A DNA stretch of 64,000 bases from Cyanophora paradoxa CCMP329 (lineage: Eukaryota; Plantae; Glaucophyta): the NCBI GenBank assembly GCA_004431415.1, contig QPMI01000200.1, positions 124,001-188,000 on the forward strand, given 5' to 3'. The notes under the pieces were generated by a model. That model saw only the letters and a list, made by a program, of their open reading frames with translations. It was not told where the DNA came from and ran no database searches. Below, piece after piece: positions 37,101 to 50,362 of the stretch (the stretch's first letter is position 1; each line of letters starts with the position of its first letter). Made by a program: the position numbers and the translations under genes.

Positions 37101-40100
37101 TCTCCCGCAGCGCCTCCGCCTGCCCCGCCTCCGCCGCCTCCGCCGCCGCCCCGCGCGCGCCCTCCTCGTCGGTGGAGGCGACCTCGTCCTGCGCCAGCGC
37201 CTCCAGCCCGTCGAGCCGCGCCTCCAGCGCGGTCACCTGCAGCCGACTCGCATCGCCGGCCCCCGCACGCCGGCCCCGCCCTGCGCACCCCCTGCGCCGT
37301 CTCCCGCAGCTCCGCGCCGATGCGCGCCCCCGTCTCCTGTGACGCCGCCTGCGGGGAGCTTCGACAGCGCAGCAGATGGCGCTGCGACCCGGGGCGGCGC
37401 ACGGTCTGCGACTGCAGGATCCGCATTGCGCCCTGCACCGCCGCTACGCCGGCCTGCAGCTCGGCCGCCCGCGCCGCCGCCGCCTCCTCGGCCGACCGCG
37501 CCGTCGCGAGCTCCGCCCGCAGCTCCGCGGCGCGCCCAGTGGCCTCGTCGAGCTGCGAGGCCGTGAGGGGCTCGGAGCGGCGTAGGGGTGCCGGCGCGCC
37601 TGGCGGACGAGCTCGGCGTTGCGCGCGGCGAGGGCCTCCAGCTGGTCCCGGAGGCCGGCCGCCCCCGCCACGCTGCTGCGCTCCAGCTCGTCCAGGCGGG
37701 CCTGCAGCTGGGCGAGGGAGCGCTCGGCTGCCAGCTTCTCGGCGGCGAGCGCCAGTGCTGCATCCGCCTCCCCAGCCCTCTCCGCCGCCAGCCGCGCACT
37801 CTCCTCCTGTCGCGCATCGAGGGTCAGCCTCCTGATCGGGGGCCTCGAAGCTAGGGCTTCTAGGGCTGGCCGTGGCCGATTCGATTTCGAGACAAAGAAT
37901 TTGAAAAGGGTGCCGCGATCGACCGTAGTCTGAATTGAGTTCCGGCCCTCGGGCCGGCCGCCCAATTGGACCCTCATTTCAGCTGCCCCCCGGCGGCGTT
38001 TCAACCACAGCTCGCCCCCTTCGGCCTTGCGGCCTCGTGGGTTTTGCGGCGGTGTGGGGCCATTTCCGGTACCGGGGCCAGGATTGCGCCTCGGGAAAAA
38101 AATTTTGCTCGGATAGGTCCGGCCAGGCAGGGAGGGGGTTGCCCCCCTCCCCACGCGCCGCTGTTTCCAGCGGCTCGGCCGGACCCTAGGATTGCGCCTC
38201 GGGCCCTCCTAGGGCAGCTCGGCAGCTCAGACCTTCCCATGCCATTCGGGAGCGCTGTATCCCCGTATGTTGGGCGTTCCCCATCTAGGGGGGTGGGCGG
38301 CGTCGATTGCGGCTCCCCGTCGAAAATAATCGCACAATTTCCACCTGGAAAAAAAGAGGCCCGAGTCGCCTGGTGGGACCCCGTTCCGTTGCAAACTAGC
38401 CCACCCCCCATTCTCTTGCGTCTTCTCCCCCCGCTGCAACGAACTCGGTAGCGCACCTTGGCCGTGCGGAGCTCGTCTCGCAGGCTCGCCAGGGCGGCAT
38501 CGCGATCGGAAATACTGCAAGGGACGTTGAAGGCTTGGGGCGAGGCGCACGTGAGATTTGATCCGGGGGGGGCGGACCTGCCCACGGCGTCGCGCAGGTC
38601 CTCCCTCTGATCCTGCAGCTTACCCCTCATCTCCTCCAGCTCGAGCCGGAGCGCCTCTACTGTTTCTCGCGCCGCCGCGGCCTCCTCCACGGCCTCTTCC
38701 AGCCTGCCGGCCACCTTTTCAGCAGTCCGGCAGCAGCAGACGCCCCCGGGGGCCTGCACCTCGCGGCTTCGTCTGCTGCCCCGGCAGCGCGGTCGCGCGA
38801 GACAGCGGCGGCGCGTTCGGCCTGCTCCTCCGCCTCCCGGGCCCGCGCCTCGGATCGAGCGGCGGCCTCGTGCGCCGCGGTGGCCGCGCGCTCCGCGCCT
38901 GCGAGCTGCTCCCGGAGGTGCGCCGCGAGCTCGCCGCCGGCCGTCGCCTCGCGCCGCGCGGCCGCTGCGGCCTCGGCAGCTGCCGAGAGGTCCGCCTGCA
39001 GCGCCCCAGGCGCTCCTCGCGGCCGCGCGCGCTGCCTCCGCCCCCGTGCGAGCACCTCGGCCTCCTCCGCCCGCCCCTCCACGCCCCCGCCTCCTCCTCG
39101 GCGCCGGCAGCGCGAACCGCCGCAGCCAGGGCCTCCTCCTTCGCGGCCGCCGCCTCGGCGCTCGCGGCGGCTGCCCGCTCTCTCCAGTCGGCCGCTTCGC
39201 GCTCCGCGTCCGCCGCGCGCTGCTCGGCCCGTGCCGCCTCCTGCCCCGCCTCCTCACTTGCCGACTCCCGTGCTGCCATCGCTCCCGCCTCCGCCGCCGC
39301 CGCCCGCTGCTCGGCTGCCGCCGCCCGCTGCTCGGCCGCCTCCGCCCGCTGTTCCGCTGCCTCGACGGCCTCCTCGCTTTGCAGCGCGCGCACCTCCGCC
39401 GCCTCCGTCCTGTGCAAGCTCAATACATGGCTCGGAGGGCGCGGAGGGCGGGGAGATGGCACCTGGCGGCTGCCGCATCGACCTCCTGGCGAGCGTCCCG
39501 CAGCTCGGCATCCGATACGTCGACCCTGCGCGGCCCTCGGCGCGTGCCGCGGAGGCGAGCGGCGCGGCGCGGACCGGGCGGCGGCCTCGCGGGCAGCTGA
39601 CTCGGCGTCGGCGGCGCTGCGGGGGGTCGGCGGTGCGGGGGTGGGCGGGGGCGGGGCGCGGGGGTGGGGGCGGACCGGGCGACGGCGGCCTCGAGGGCCC
39701 TCGCCCGCTCCGCGCCCTCCTCGCTGGCCCGCGCCCGCGCCGCCCGCAGCTCCTCCACTGCTCCGCCGCCTCCCGCTCGGCCGCCTCCCGCGCCGCATCG
39801 GCGGCCTCCAGGCGAGCGGCCAGGGAGGCGAGCGCCTCGTCGCGCTCCCGCAGAGAGGCCTGCGGCGGGTGAGGCCGGGCGGGGCGCCGGCGGGGGGCGG
39901 CGGGGCGGGCCAGCGCGGCCTCGTGGCGGCCCTCCATCGCCTCGAGCGCCGCCGGCAGCTCAGCGAGCTCCGCCTGCGGGGCGCTCGGGGCGGGGGCGGG
40001 GCGCGGGGCGGGGCGGGGCGGCGGGCCTCGGTGCGGCGCGCGGCGGCGTGGAGCTCCTCGGACTGCGCCCTCAGCTCCCTCACCTCGACAGCGCTCCGCT

Positions 40101-41051
40101 CCGCCCGCTCCCGCCACTCCGCCACCTGCCCCAGCGCCTCGTCCAGCTGCCCCAGCGCGTCACGACCGCGGAGCCGCCCGCCGCGGGGGCGGGGGGCGCG
40201 CCTGGGCCTGCAGGTCTGTGAGGGACGCCAGCAGCGCCTCCCTCTCCCCGCGGAGGGCCGCCTCCTGGCCCTGGCTCTCCTCGAGCTGCCCCCCAAGTCA
40301 GGCCCGCCGCTAGCACGCCCCGCGGCGTCGCAGGCTTGCCAGTGAGGCGAGCTCGTCGGCGGCCCTCCACCGGTCCGCAACCTGGGCTTGCAGTTGCGCC
40401 AGCGTCTCCCGGCGCCGCGCCGACGAGTCGCCCTGCCGACCATCAGCTCGGCCCCGTGGATCGCTGCATCGGCCGCGGGGCGTGAACTGACATCGACCGC
40501 CTCGGACCTCCTCGCAGATAGGTCAGTCTGCGCCGTGCCGATCGGCAGGGGAGAGCGCGTTTGAACCCCCCGCCCCTGGGAACGTACATCTCCTGCAGAG
40601 AGGCTAGAGACACGCTCTGTTCGCCCTTCGTGTGACAGGGTATCCCGCTCCTGCTGCAAAGATTTGGAGTTCTATTTGCACACGGCGGGCGGGGGGGCGC
40701 GGGCCGGGGCACCTGCATTGTAATTAACGACGTGTGCGCCTCGGCCAACGCGGAGCGAGTGCTCTCTGCTTCTACGCGGGCCTCTTCGAGCTCATTCTCA
40801 AGTTCGGCGACGCGACGACTTAGCTGATCGATCTGAGATTGATCGGCAGCTGGGCGCTCTTGCTCGGACGGGCGCCGACTGGGTGCAGGATCGACATTTT
40901 CGACCTCTGTCGATGTTGACGACACCGGCCTTTGACCGCGGCGCTTCTGCTGGAACTGCGCGAGCTGGGGCGCGCTGGGTAAGAAGACGCATAATCTGCA
41001 GAGGGAGCGCACCCGCTGCTTGCCAGCCTGAAGCAGTCTTTCGCGCTCCAT
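34163..41051 (-). CDS. Long multi-exon coiled-coil protein with golgin/AKAP9/BLISTER-like N-terminal motif
   Basis: N-terminus MERERLLQAGKQR|LAQFQQKRR. Ala/Glu/Arg-rich heptad exons separated by short introns. Ends DDLLIVSFEH*. Exon structure not fully resolved. Confidence 0.65.
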
Positions 41052-41556
41052 CGCAGCTGGACCTCCCGCGACCCTTACGCAGATAGCTAGAGTTAGGCGG
41101 GGTGCACGCACACTCGGAAGGTCTCCCGCGCGCCACAGCGGCCGCGGCCGTTCGTTTTCAGACTTTGCACAAGTTTGCACTTCAACTTTGCAGTTGTAGG
41201 GGGGTAGAGCTTCATAGTATAGCCTTCGGCGACCACTATATAGCTAGTACTGCTAGTCAAACTGTACAGCTAGTCCAGATGTCGGTGGTCGCGCGGCTGT
41301 GCATGCTCATTGCGACACTGAATCTCGATATGCGCATGCGCATGCAGCTAGCTGTGCAGCGCTTGATCTGGATCTTACCCAGCGCGCCCCAGTTCGCGCA
41401 AATCAAACATTCTGCATGAATTTTTCTAAAAACACACTCAAAAGTAAGACAGATGCGCATCATGCGCCGCTCGGATGAAGAATGCGCGTTTTTTAGGGGA
41501 AAACGTTCCGAGGTCGGGCGCGAAAAAGTCCGCTCAGAAACGGTGCTCTCTATAGA

Positions 41557-42751
41557 TTACTCCGAAGCCGGCGCAGCGTCGCCACCCGCCGCACCGCCAC
41601 GCCCGCGGCCACGGCCGCGGCCGCGGCCGCGGCCACGCCCGCGCCCGCCGCGCCCGCGGGAGCGCCCTCGGCGCCGGCGAAGCCCTGGTCCGGGACGAGC
41701 ATGGTCCCAGGGTGGGCCTCCCCTCGCCAGCCGGGCCCGCGCCGCGACCACGGCCACGACCGCGCCCGCGCCCGCGGCCACGACCGCGCCCGCGCCCGCG
41801 CCCGCGCTCTGCGGGGGCGTCAGGCGCGGCCGGGTGGGGCCCGTGCGCGCAGCAAGGGAGCGCGACGTACCGCCCTCCGCCTCGACGGGCGCCGCCGACT
41901 CGACGACCTCGCCGCCCGCCGCCGCGCCGCCGCGCCCGCGGCCGCGCCCGCGCCCGCGACCAGCCGGACCGGCGCCACGGCCGCGGCCGCGGCCGCGGGC
42001 CGGGCGAGCCTCATCGTACTCGCCGAAGTCCTCCTCTGCAAGAGCAAGCGCAGTTGAGTGTGACGGCGAGCGGCAAAAGGGCGACAGATAAAATTCACCC
42101 TGAAGAGGCTTCACCTGGTCCTCGGGGATCGGGGGCTGGTACCTGCCGCACGAGAGAGCTGTCAGCGGTCGGGACCAAAGGCGGCAACGGCGAGCTCGAA
42201 CCCGGGCAAGCTGCTGTCGAGCTGCAGCTTAGAGAGGGTGATGGTCACCATAGACACGTGGCGAGTCGTCTCAAGCCTGCGCGGGAGCTCGCACGTCCCG
42301 CAAAGGGGCGGAGGGCGGGATACGCACTTGTTCAGGCCCTCCTCGATGGGCTCCCAGACGTCGGTGATGTCGGTGGAGTCGATCTTGGTCAGCTGGTGGA
42401 GGCCGGGGATGCGGCGCTTGATGATCTCGGCAATCGTCACCGTCTTGTTGATGGCGCGGCCCATAGCTTTCAGCACCACCTCGTTCGCATTCTTCTCGCC
42501 CTGCTCCGGAACAAGCTCGTGAGCTCGCAGTGGCCTCAGAGTGCCGTCGAAACGCGCGATGGCCAACCTGGAACAGGTTGGTCGCGTAGGAGATGTAGTT
42601 GCGCATCTTGCCCTGGGTGGTGATGCGGATCTGGCGGGCGCCCGGTGACGCAAGCTGGCGAGGACAGCGTCGATCGAATGATTCGTCGCACCTCATTCTC
42701 CTCGATCGACTGCTCCTGCTTGGGCTTCTCGACCCGACGGTACTTCTCCAT
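41557..42751 (-). CDS. Alba-domain (RPP25-like) RNA-binding protein with RGG tail
   Basis: MEKYRRVEKP, IRITTQGKMRNYISYA, VVLKAMGRAINKTVTIAEIIKRRIPGLHQ, DVWEPIEEGL, TTRHVS; RG repeats at the C-terminus. Confidence 0.92.
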
Positions 42752-43160
42752 GGTCAATGGCCTGCTCCGCAAGGAGCGACGTGTTACGATGTCATTGATA
42801 TGGCGGGCGACGCCGATCGGAGTCGCAGAGTTGGGCCGATGGGCGGCAGACGTGGACGGGCGTTTCTAGGAATGACAAGCCGTCAACGGAGACAGCTCAC
42901 CTGCCTGATCACGATCTCGGAGTGGGTCTCGTTCGACTCCGCTGGCCTGCGAGCGTCTCGGGGAAGTCTCTTTGCTTCGATGGAAATGGCACCTGCCCAA
43001 AAAAAAGCGAGAGAGTCTACTCGCTCTTGCTCCCTCTACAAGCGCCTGGCCGGCAGCGTCAGTACCGGCTGGCGAGAGACGCTTGGCTGCCTCACCTCGC
43101 TGTGCCTGTATCCCCCACGTGCAGGCGTACCCCCTCCCATTGCTGCTGCGTGATCGAAAA

Positions 43161-44145
<985 letters not shown>

Positions 44146-44835
44146 GCGAACAACTCGATCTACGCGCCATCGACGCAGCAGCAGCAGCAGCGGACGGGAG
44201 CGGCCAGGCGCTTCTCCAGACGGCCACCCGTCGTTCCAGGGCGACGGTTCTGTTCAAACTTGTATGCAGAACCGAGCTTCTGACGAAGGAAGCGCTTGTG
44301 GGGCATGGCGGTTATCTTTGCCGCGCAATGCGCGTTCTGCCGCTCTAAGCCAAAGATTAGCTGCACACCTGAGGTTGCAGACACTTGCACTGAACATGCA
44401 CATAAGCAGGACAGAGCGATCCGGCTAGCAATTGAACGCGCAGCGGATCTGGAGCAGGCCTAGGCTGCACAGCGCCCCCCCCCCCCTCGAGCTTAACCGG
44501 AGTACAGAAGCGAATGGCTCCCGCGTTCGCTGGGCCGCCGCCTGCAGCGCCCTGGTGTCGTCTGGATACGCCTTCAAGAACTGACACACCTTCCAACCAG
44601 TCATCCAAGTCGCACCGCTCCAGCTGTTGCCGCGGGACCCCTCGACAAGCGGCGCAACCGGCGCGGCCGAAGATAGAGCGCCACTTCCTAGGACAGCCCT
44701 TACCATCTGTTCGGTCGAGGCACGGCCGCGCGGATCGTACTGCGGTGCCCACCGATGTCGTATGCGAGCAGCGGCGTGCTCCATTCTCTCTGAATGTACA
44801 GGTGCAAGGCCGCCAATACGCGCTCACGCCTATTC

Positions 44836-46095
44836 ATGCCACGGAAGCGAGCCGCGGCTTACGCACGACGCGCAGGGCGCGGACGCGAGGCCCGAGCCGT
44901 TCGAGCGACGGCAGATCTCGCTTCCGAGCCGTCTCCCTCTGTACGGATACAGGAGATTGGAGTGGATTGCGTTTCCGGCGCTCTGCGAGCACGGCGTCGT
45001 GCACGGCGCCTTCACGCGCCGCGGCGGGGTCAGCGGCGAGGGTCCCAGCGCCTCCACTGATGGCATCGGCCTGTCGGGTGCGCCGCTCGAGAGGTGCTTG
45101 CCCTCCGAAGGCTCACGCCCCTCCCAGGGCTCAACGTCGGCCTAAACGTGAACGACGAGCCGACGATGCTGGAGGAGAACTACCGCCTCCTGCGCTCGGC
45201 GCTCTCCCTGGGGCGCGTCGTGGTCCCCCAGCAGGTGCACGGCGTTGGCGTCATCCACGTCACCGAGGACACGCCGGGTGCGCCCCCTGCGCGCGCGCCC
45301 GCGCCCACCATCCGACGCGTCCCGGGGCGGCGGCAGACCTTCCGGGGGAGGCGGATGCGGTGATGACGAACGTTCCCGGCATTGCGCTGATGGTGCAGCA
45401 CGCTGACTGCCAGGTGCCGAAAGCCCGCCCTGCCGCGCGGCGGCGCGCGACAGGCGGCGCAGGCGGCGATCCTGTACGACCCGCGGCACCACGCGGTGGC
45501 GGCGGTGCACTCGGGCTGGCGCGGCCTCGTCCAGAACATCTACGGTGAGACCGTGCGCCGCATGGGCGAGGCCTTCGGCACGCACCCCGCGGTGCGCCGG
45601 CAGCGCCAGCCGCCCCCTCGCCGCGCGCCGAGGGGCCGGCAGGAGATCATCGCGACGATCTCGCCGAGCCTGGGGCCCTACGCCTCCGAGTTCGTGAACT
45701 ACCAGGTGGGGGCCGCCCTGCGCGACCCGCGCCGGCGGGGCGCGTGACGCGCGGGCGGCAGGAGGAGTTCCCGCGCGAGTTCTGGGAGTTCAGCCTGCCG
45801 CGGCTGGAGGAGACGGGGCGGGGCGCGCTGCACGACCCGCGGGCGCGGGAGCTGCGGCAGCACTTCAACCTGTGGGAGATCGGGCGGCACCGCCTGCAGG
45901 AGGCCGGCGTCGCCCCCGAGCGCATCCACGTCGCCACCCTCTGCACCTTCACCAACTCCGACGGTCCCGCCCGCCCCGCCCGCCCCCGGGGCCGCCTCAC
46001 CCTCGCCCTGCTCAGACTGGTACTCCTACCGGCGACAACGGGGCGGGCCCTGCGGGCGCAACTGCACGGTCGCGCAGCTTGGCGACCGGGCATGA
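44836..46095 (+). CDS. YfiH/PgeF (LACC1/FAMIN family) purine nucleoside enzyme, intron-containing
   Basis: FTRRGGVS, QQVHG, ADAVMT, HADCQAAILYDP, AAVHSGWRG, ISPSLGP, LCT...YSYRR. Start codon uncertain. Confidence 0.88.
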
Positions 46096-46302
46096 GAGCG
46101 CTCTGCTTGCTTGCGTGCACGGGATGCATCCCCGTTGTGATTTCAATCGCACACGCGCATTGCAGGGCGGCGCCGCTTGCCAGCTGAACTGCGGCGGGGG
46201 CATGCGGGCCTCGCGTGCCCTGTCGCGGGGCCTGGCGGGTACCCGGGAGGGGCGGGGGGGGCTGGAGGCGGGGGTCGGGGGGATGGCGGGGGCGCGGGGC
46301 GG

Positions 46303-49300
46303 CTAGGGGCCGGGGCTGGCGTGGGGCTCGGGGGCGCCGGCCTCGTCCTCCTCGGCCTGGGAAGCCTCGGCGACCATCACGAACTCCTCGATCAGGCGGT
46401 CCCGCAGCCGGGGGATCCCGAACAGCGCCCCCACCAGCTCCTCCAGCGCCCCGCCCCCGGCCCCCGCCGCCGCCTCCGCCGCCGCCGCCGCCGCCCGCGC
46501 CGCCGCCCCGGAGACCCCGCCCCGGCACCGCCCGGCCGGCGGCGGCGGCCTCGGCCTCGGCGAGCTGCGCGGGGCGCGGGTGGGGCGGGAAGGGGCCGGG
46601 GGCGGGCCGGTGCGGACGCGGCGGGCGAGGGCGGCGCGCTCCTCCTCCCACTCGCGCCGGGCGCGGTCGAAGTCGATGCGCTGCTGCAGGATCGTCGCCT
46701 CCAGCCTGCCGCCCCTCACGCCCGCCGCCCCGCGCCCCAGCCCGCCCCGCCCGCAGCGCGCACCGCTCCACGCGCTCCTCGAACTCGGCGCGCACCTCCG
46801 CCCGGATCTCCCCGCGCTCGCCTCCCGCGCCCCGCGCGCGCCGCCGCCGCCGCCGCCGCCGGCAGGGGCGGCGCCGGCGGCGGCGCGGCGGCGGGGCCGC
46901 GGGGGCGGGGGCCGGGCCGCGGGGACCGGGGCCGGGGTGCGGGGGCGCGGCGCGGCGGGGGCTCCTCGCGGCCGCTGCCGGATTCGGTGTCGCTCGTGTA
47001 GCGGCGGCTGCGGGAGCGGCGCCCGCCGCGCCCGCCGCCGTCGGCCCCGTCGGCGCCGCCCGAGTGGCGCTGGGGCCGGTGGGAGGCGGAGCGGCGCGGC
47101 GAGGCGTCGCGCTCGGGGCCGCCCTCGGGCTGGGCTCGCCCCACCCGGGGCTCCCTTGCTGCGAGGGCGTCCGCCCTCCCGGGCCCCGTGCCAGGCCAAC
47201 GGCGGGCTCCCCTCGTGGCCCCCGCTGCTCCGGCGGCTGCCGCGCGTCCGGCCGCCCCAGTCCTCCTCGTGCTCGTACATCTCCCGCCCGCCGCCGTACT
47301 CCTCGCGGTGCCCCCGCGCGTACTCGTCCCCGCGCGAGCCGCCGCGCCGCTCGCGCCCGAAGTGGATGGCCGAGTGGGGCCGCGAGGGCGGCAGCTCCTG
47401 CGCGGGGCGTCGGCGGCGGCGGGCGGGAGGGTGCGCGGGGGCGAGGGCGCCTCGACGTAGGGCATGGCGGGGTCGAGAAGGCGGCGGGGCGCGGCCTCCT
47501 CGTCGCCCCAGCGGGGGCGGGCGCTGGGGGCCCTGCGCGCCGCCTCCTCGGGGGCCTCCTCGTGGGCCCGCACGCCGGCCTTCACGAGGGCGTCCCGCAG
47601 CCCCGAGATCTCCCGCGCTGCCGCCCCGTCGGCCCCACCCCGGCCCCCCGCCCCCCCGAGGCGCGCACCCAGCGCGTCCGCCCGCTCCTCGCTCTGCCGC
47701 AGCTTGTACGCTAGCCGGAGCTCGAGCCCGTTCGCGGCCCCGCTCGCCCGCCGCTGCGCCCGTCATTCCCAGCGGCTCTGGGGCGCAGGGCGAGCACCTC
47801 GCGGGGGGGCCTGGCGTGCTCGAGCGCGCCGGCCTCGTCGCGCTCGCTGCGGGCATGGGGCGTGAGGGGCCGGCAGGGGGCCGCGGGCGGGGCGGGAGCG
47901 CGCTCGAGCTCCCCGAGGCGCTCGCTCGTCGAGTAGATCGAGGGCGCCGGCGACGGCCCCGCGACGGCCCGCCGCCCTGCCCGCCCTCGCGCCCCGCCGG
48001 CGCGGCGCAGCGGGGCGAGGGCGGGGCGGACGGGGCGAGGGAGGAGGAGGAGCGGATGTGGTCGAGCTGGCCCCGCAGGAGGGCCACCTCGCGCTCTGCG
48101 CCCCGCTCGCCCCCGCCCCGCCTCCCCGCGCCCTCGGCCGCGCGCACCGAGGCTCGAGTTGCGCTCCAGCAGCTCCACCTTCTCGGAGTCGACCCCGTTC
48201 CCCTCCGACACCGGCCCCGCCCCGCCCCGCTGCTGCGGCGTGCCCCCGCTCGAGGCGGCGTGGTGGGCGGGGGCGGCGCGGGGCGCGCCCTGCCGGCGAG
48301 GGACTCGTTGACGTAGACGTGGTTCTTGACGGCCCTGGGGGGCGGCTCAGGGCTCGGGGCGGGGCGGGGGCGGGGGCGGGGGCGGGGGCGGGGGCGGGCA
48401 TGGCGCGGGTGGCGAAGAGGAGGGTCGTGAACGTCTCGTCGAAGTTGAAGGCGGCGGGGCCGACGTTCCCGCACAGCACCGTCTTCGAGTTGCCCCTGCC
48501 CCGCCCCCTCGCCCCGGCCCCGCGCCCCCGCACAGCGCCCGCCCCCGCCGCACCCGAGCGAGTCGGTGAGGAGGCGCGTCAGCTTCGACTCGCGGAAGGG
48601 AACGTGCCCGAGGCCGGCCCCCGCGCGCCCCGCTGCGGGGGCCGTGAGGGCGGGGGCGGGGAGGGGGCGGGGCAGGGCGGGCCGTCGGAGAGGGCGGCGA
48701 CGCAGTTGCCGAGGGCGGCGATGGACTTGTTGATCTTCTTGGCCTCCTCGAGGCGGAGGCCCTCCGAGCCGCTCTTCGAGACGCGCTCCGAGCCGGCGAG
48801 GTCCACCACCGTCAGCGTCGCCCGCTTCACCTTCACCACCCCCACCTCCGCCCGCGACGGCAGCTGCCCCGCCCCGCCCCGCTCACGCCCCCCGCCCGCC
48901 CCCGCCCCCGCCCCGCGCACCGCCTGCTCCACCGTGATGTACATGATCACGTGACTGCGGCTCGAGGTCTTGTTCTGCGCTGCGCGTCGGGGGCGGGAGG
49001 GGCGGGGCGGCGGGGCGGGGGGACCATGGAGGTGGAGGAGGTGGCGCGCATGCGGGCGCCGGCGGCGATGAGGCGCATGAACTCGGAGGCGGAGCGGACG
49101 GGGACGGCGGTGAGGCCCTCCACGAAGACCCCCTGCCGCGGGTCCTCCCGGATCGCCAGCGCCCGCCCCGACGGCTCCAGCAGATCCGTGATCACCTGCG
49201 CCGCCTCAGCCGCCTCGCCCCGCCCCGCCCGGCCCCGCCCCGCCCCGCTCGCCTCGAGGTAGATCTGGAAGAACTGGAGGGTCACCGAGACCTGCGCGCC

Positions 49301-50167
49301 GGGCACGCCCTCGCGCACCTGCCGGCACGCTCAGCGCCCCGCCGCGGCGGGGGGCAGCCCGCGGGGGGCGCACGCGGGCGATGTAGTCGAAGATGGCCAC
49401 GACGGAGCGCGGCAGCACGCCGCACATGCGGAACCAATCCTGGCCCATCCCCTCCTGCGGCCCCGCCCGCCCCGCCTGCTGGTTCCAAAGCGCAGCCGGC
49501 CCGAAGATCGTGTGCGTCTTCCCCGTCCCCGTCTGGCCGTAGGCCATGATGGTCCCGTTGAAGCCGGAGAGGATGTCCTGGCGGGGGTGTGGGCGCGGGG
49601 CGTCGGTGAGGCGGGCAGGCGAGGCGGCGGGCCTGGACGATGTCGCGGGCGATGGCGTCGTACGCCTCTTCCTGCGACACCTCGGGCCCCAGCACCGTGT
49701 CGAACGCGAACTCGCGGTCCTGCCCCGCCAGTCGCCCCCCGCCCCGCCGCCTCGCAGCGCCCGCGTGCACCTCATAGAACTGTCGGAACAGTACGAGTCT
49801 GTTGGCTCCAGGCACGACGCGGATGCACTCTTGATATGGCCCAGCCTTCCTGTTCTCGACATCCTCCTGGACCGAGGGCCGGACACGGACCACCACTGCG
49901 GCGCGCGAAGCAACCTCAATCCGCATTTAGCTTGTGCACTCAACTCTCGTGCAGCCCCGCACCTCGAATCCTGACCTCCTCCGGCGGTCGAGCGCTGCCG
50001 GCAACTCGCCGGCGGACGGGGCTAGCGGCTCGGGAGCCTGGGGCGGAGCCTGGCCCAGCTGTCGTTGCTATGCTGACCTCTAGCGGGTCTGCATGCCCTT
50101 CCGGCGTTCGCCGAGGCGGCGCTTGCAGTCGGAAAACAGACTGCCGCGCGGGCGACGACGACCGCAT
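46303..50167 (-). CDS. Kinesin motor protein (N-terminal motor)
   Basis: [68 protein letters not shown]. Both ends approximate. Confidence 0.92.
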
Positions 50168-50362
50168 AGGAGCGCTTTATCCGCTCTTGCAATTGCGCTA
50201 GTGCACGATAGCTCGAAATGCCGTCTGGCTCGGCAGCTGCTTTCTCTACCGGCTCGTTTGCGATCGTAGTACCCCCATGGCCACGATGCAATCGATGCTG
50301 CGGGGCCCAGGCGCGGCCGCCAGCGCCGGCCGTACGCGAAGGCCGTCATAGACAGTGCTACG

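Noticed and set aside
37860-38400. Possible MITE in a long intron of the coiled-coil gene
   Set aside because: Composition is distinct, but I could not find TIRs or a TSD.
34166-40345. Long plus-strand ORFs (948, 818, 595 aa)
   Set aside because: Shadow frames antisense to the intron-rich coiled-coil gene in extremely GC-rich DNA.
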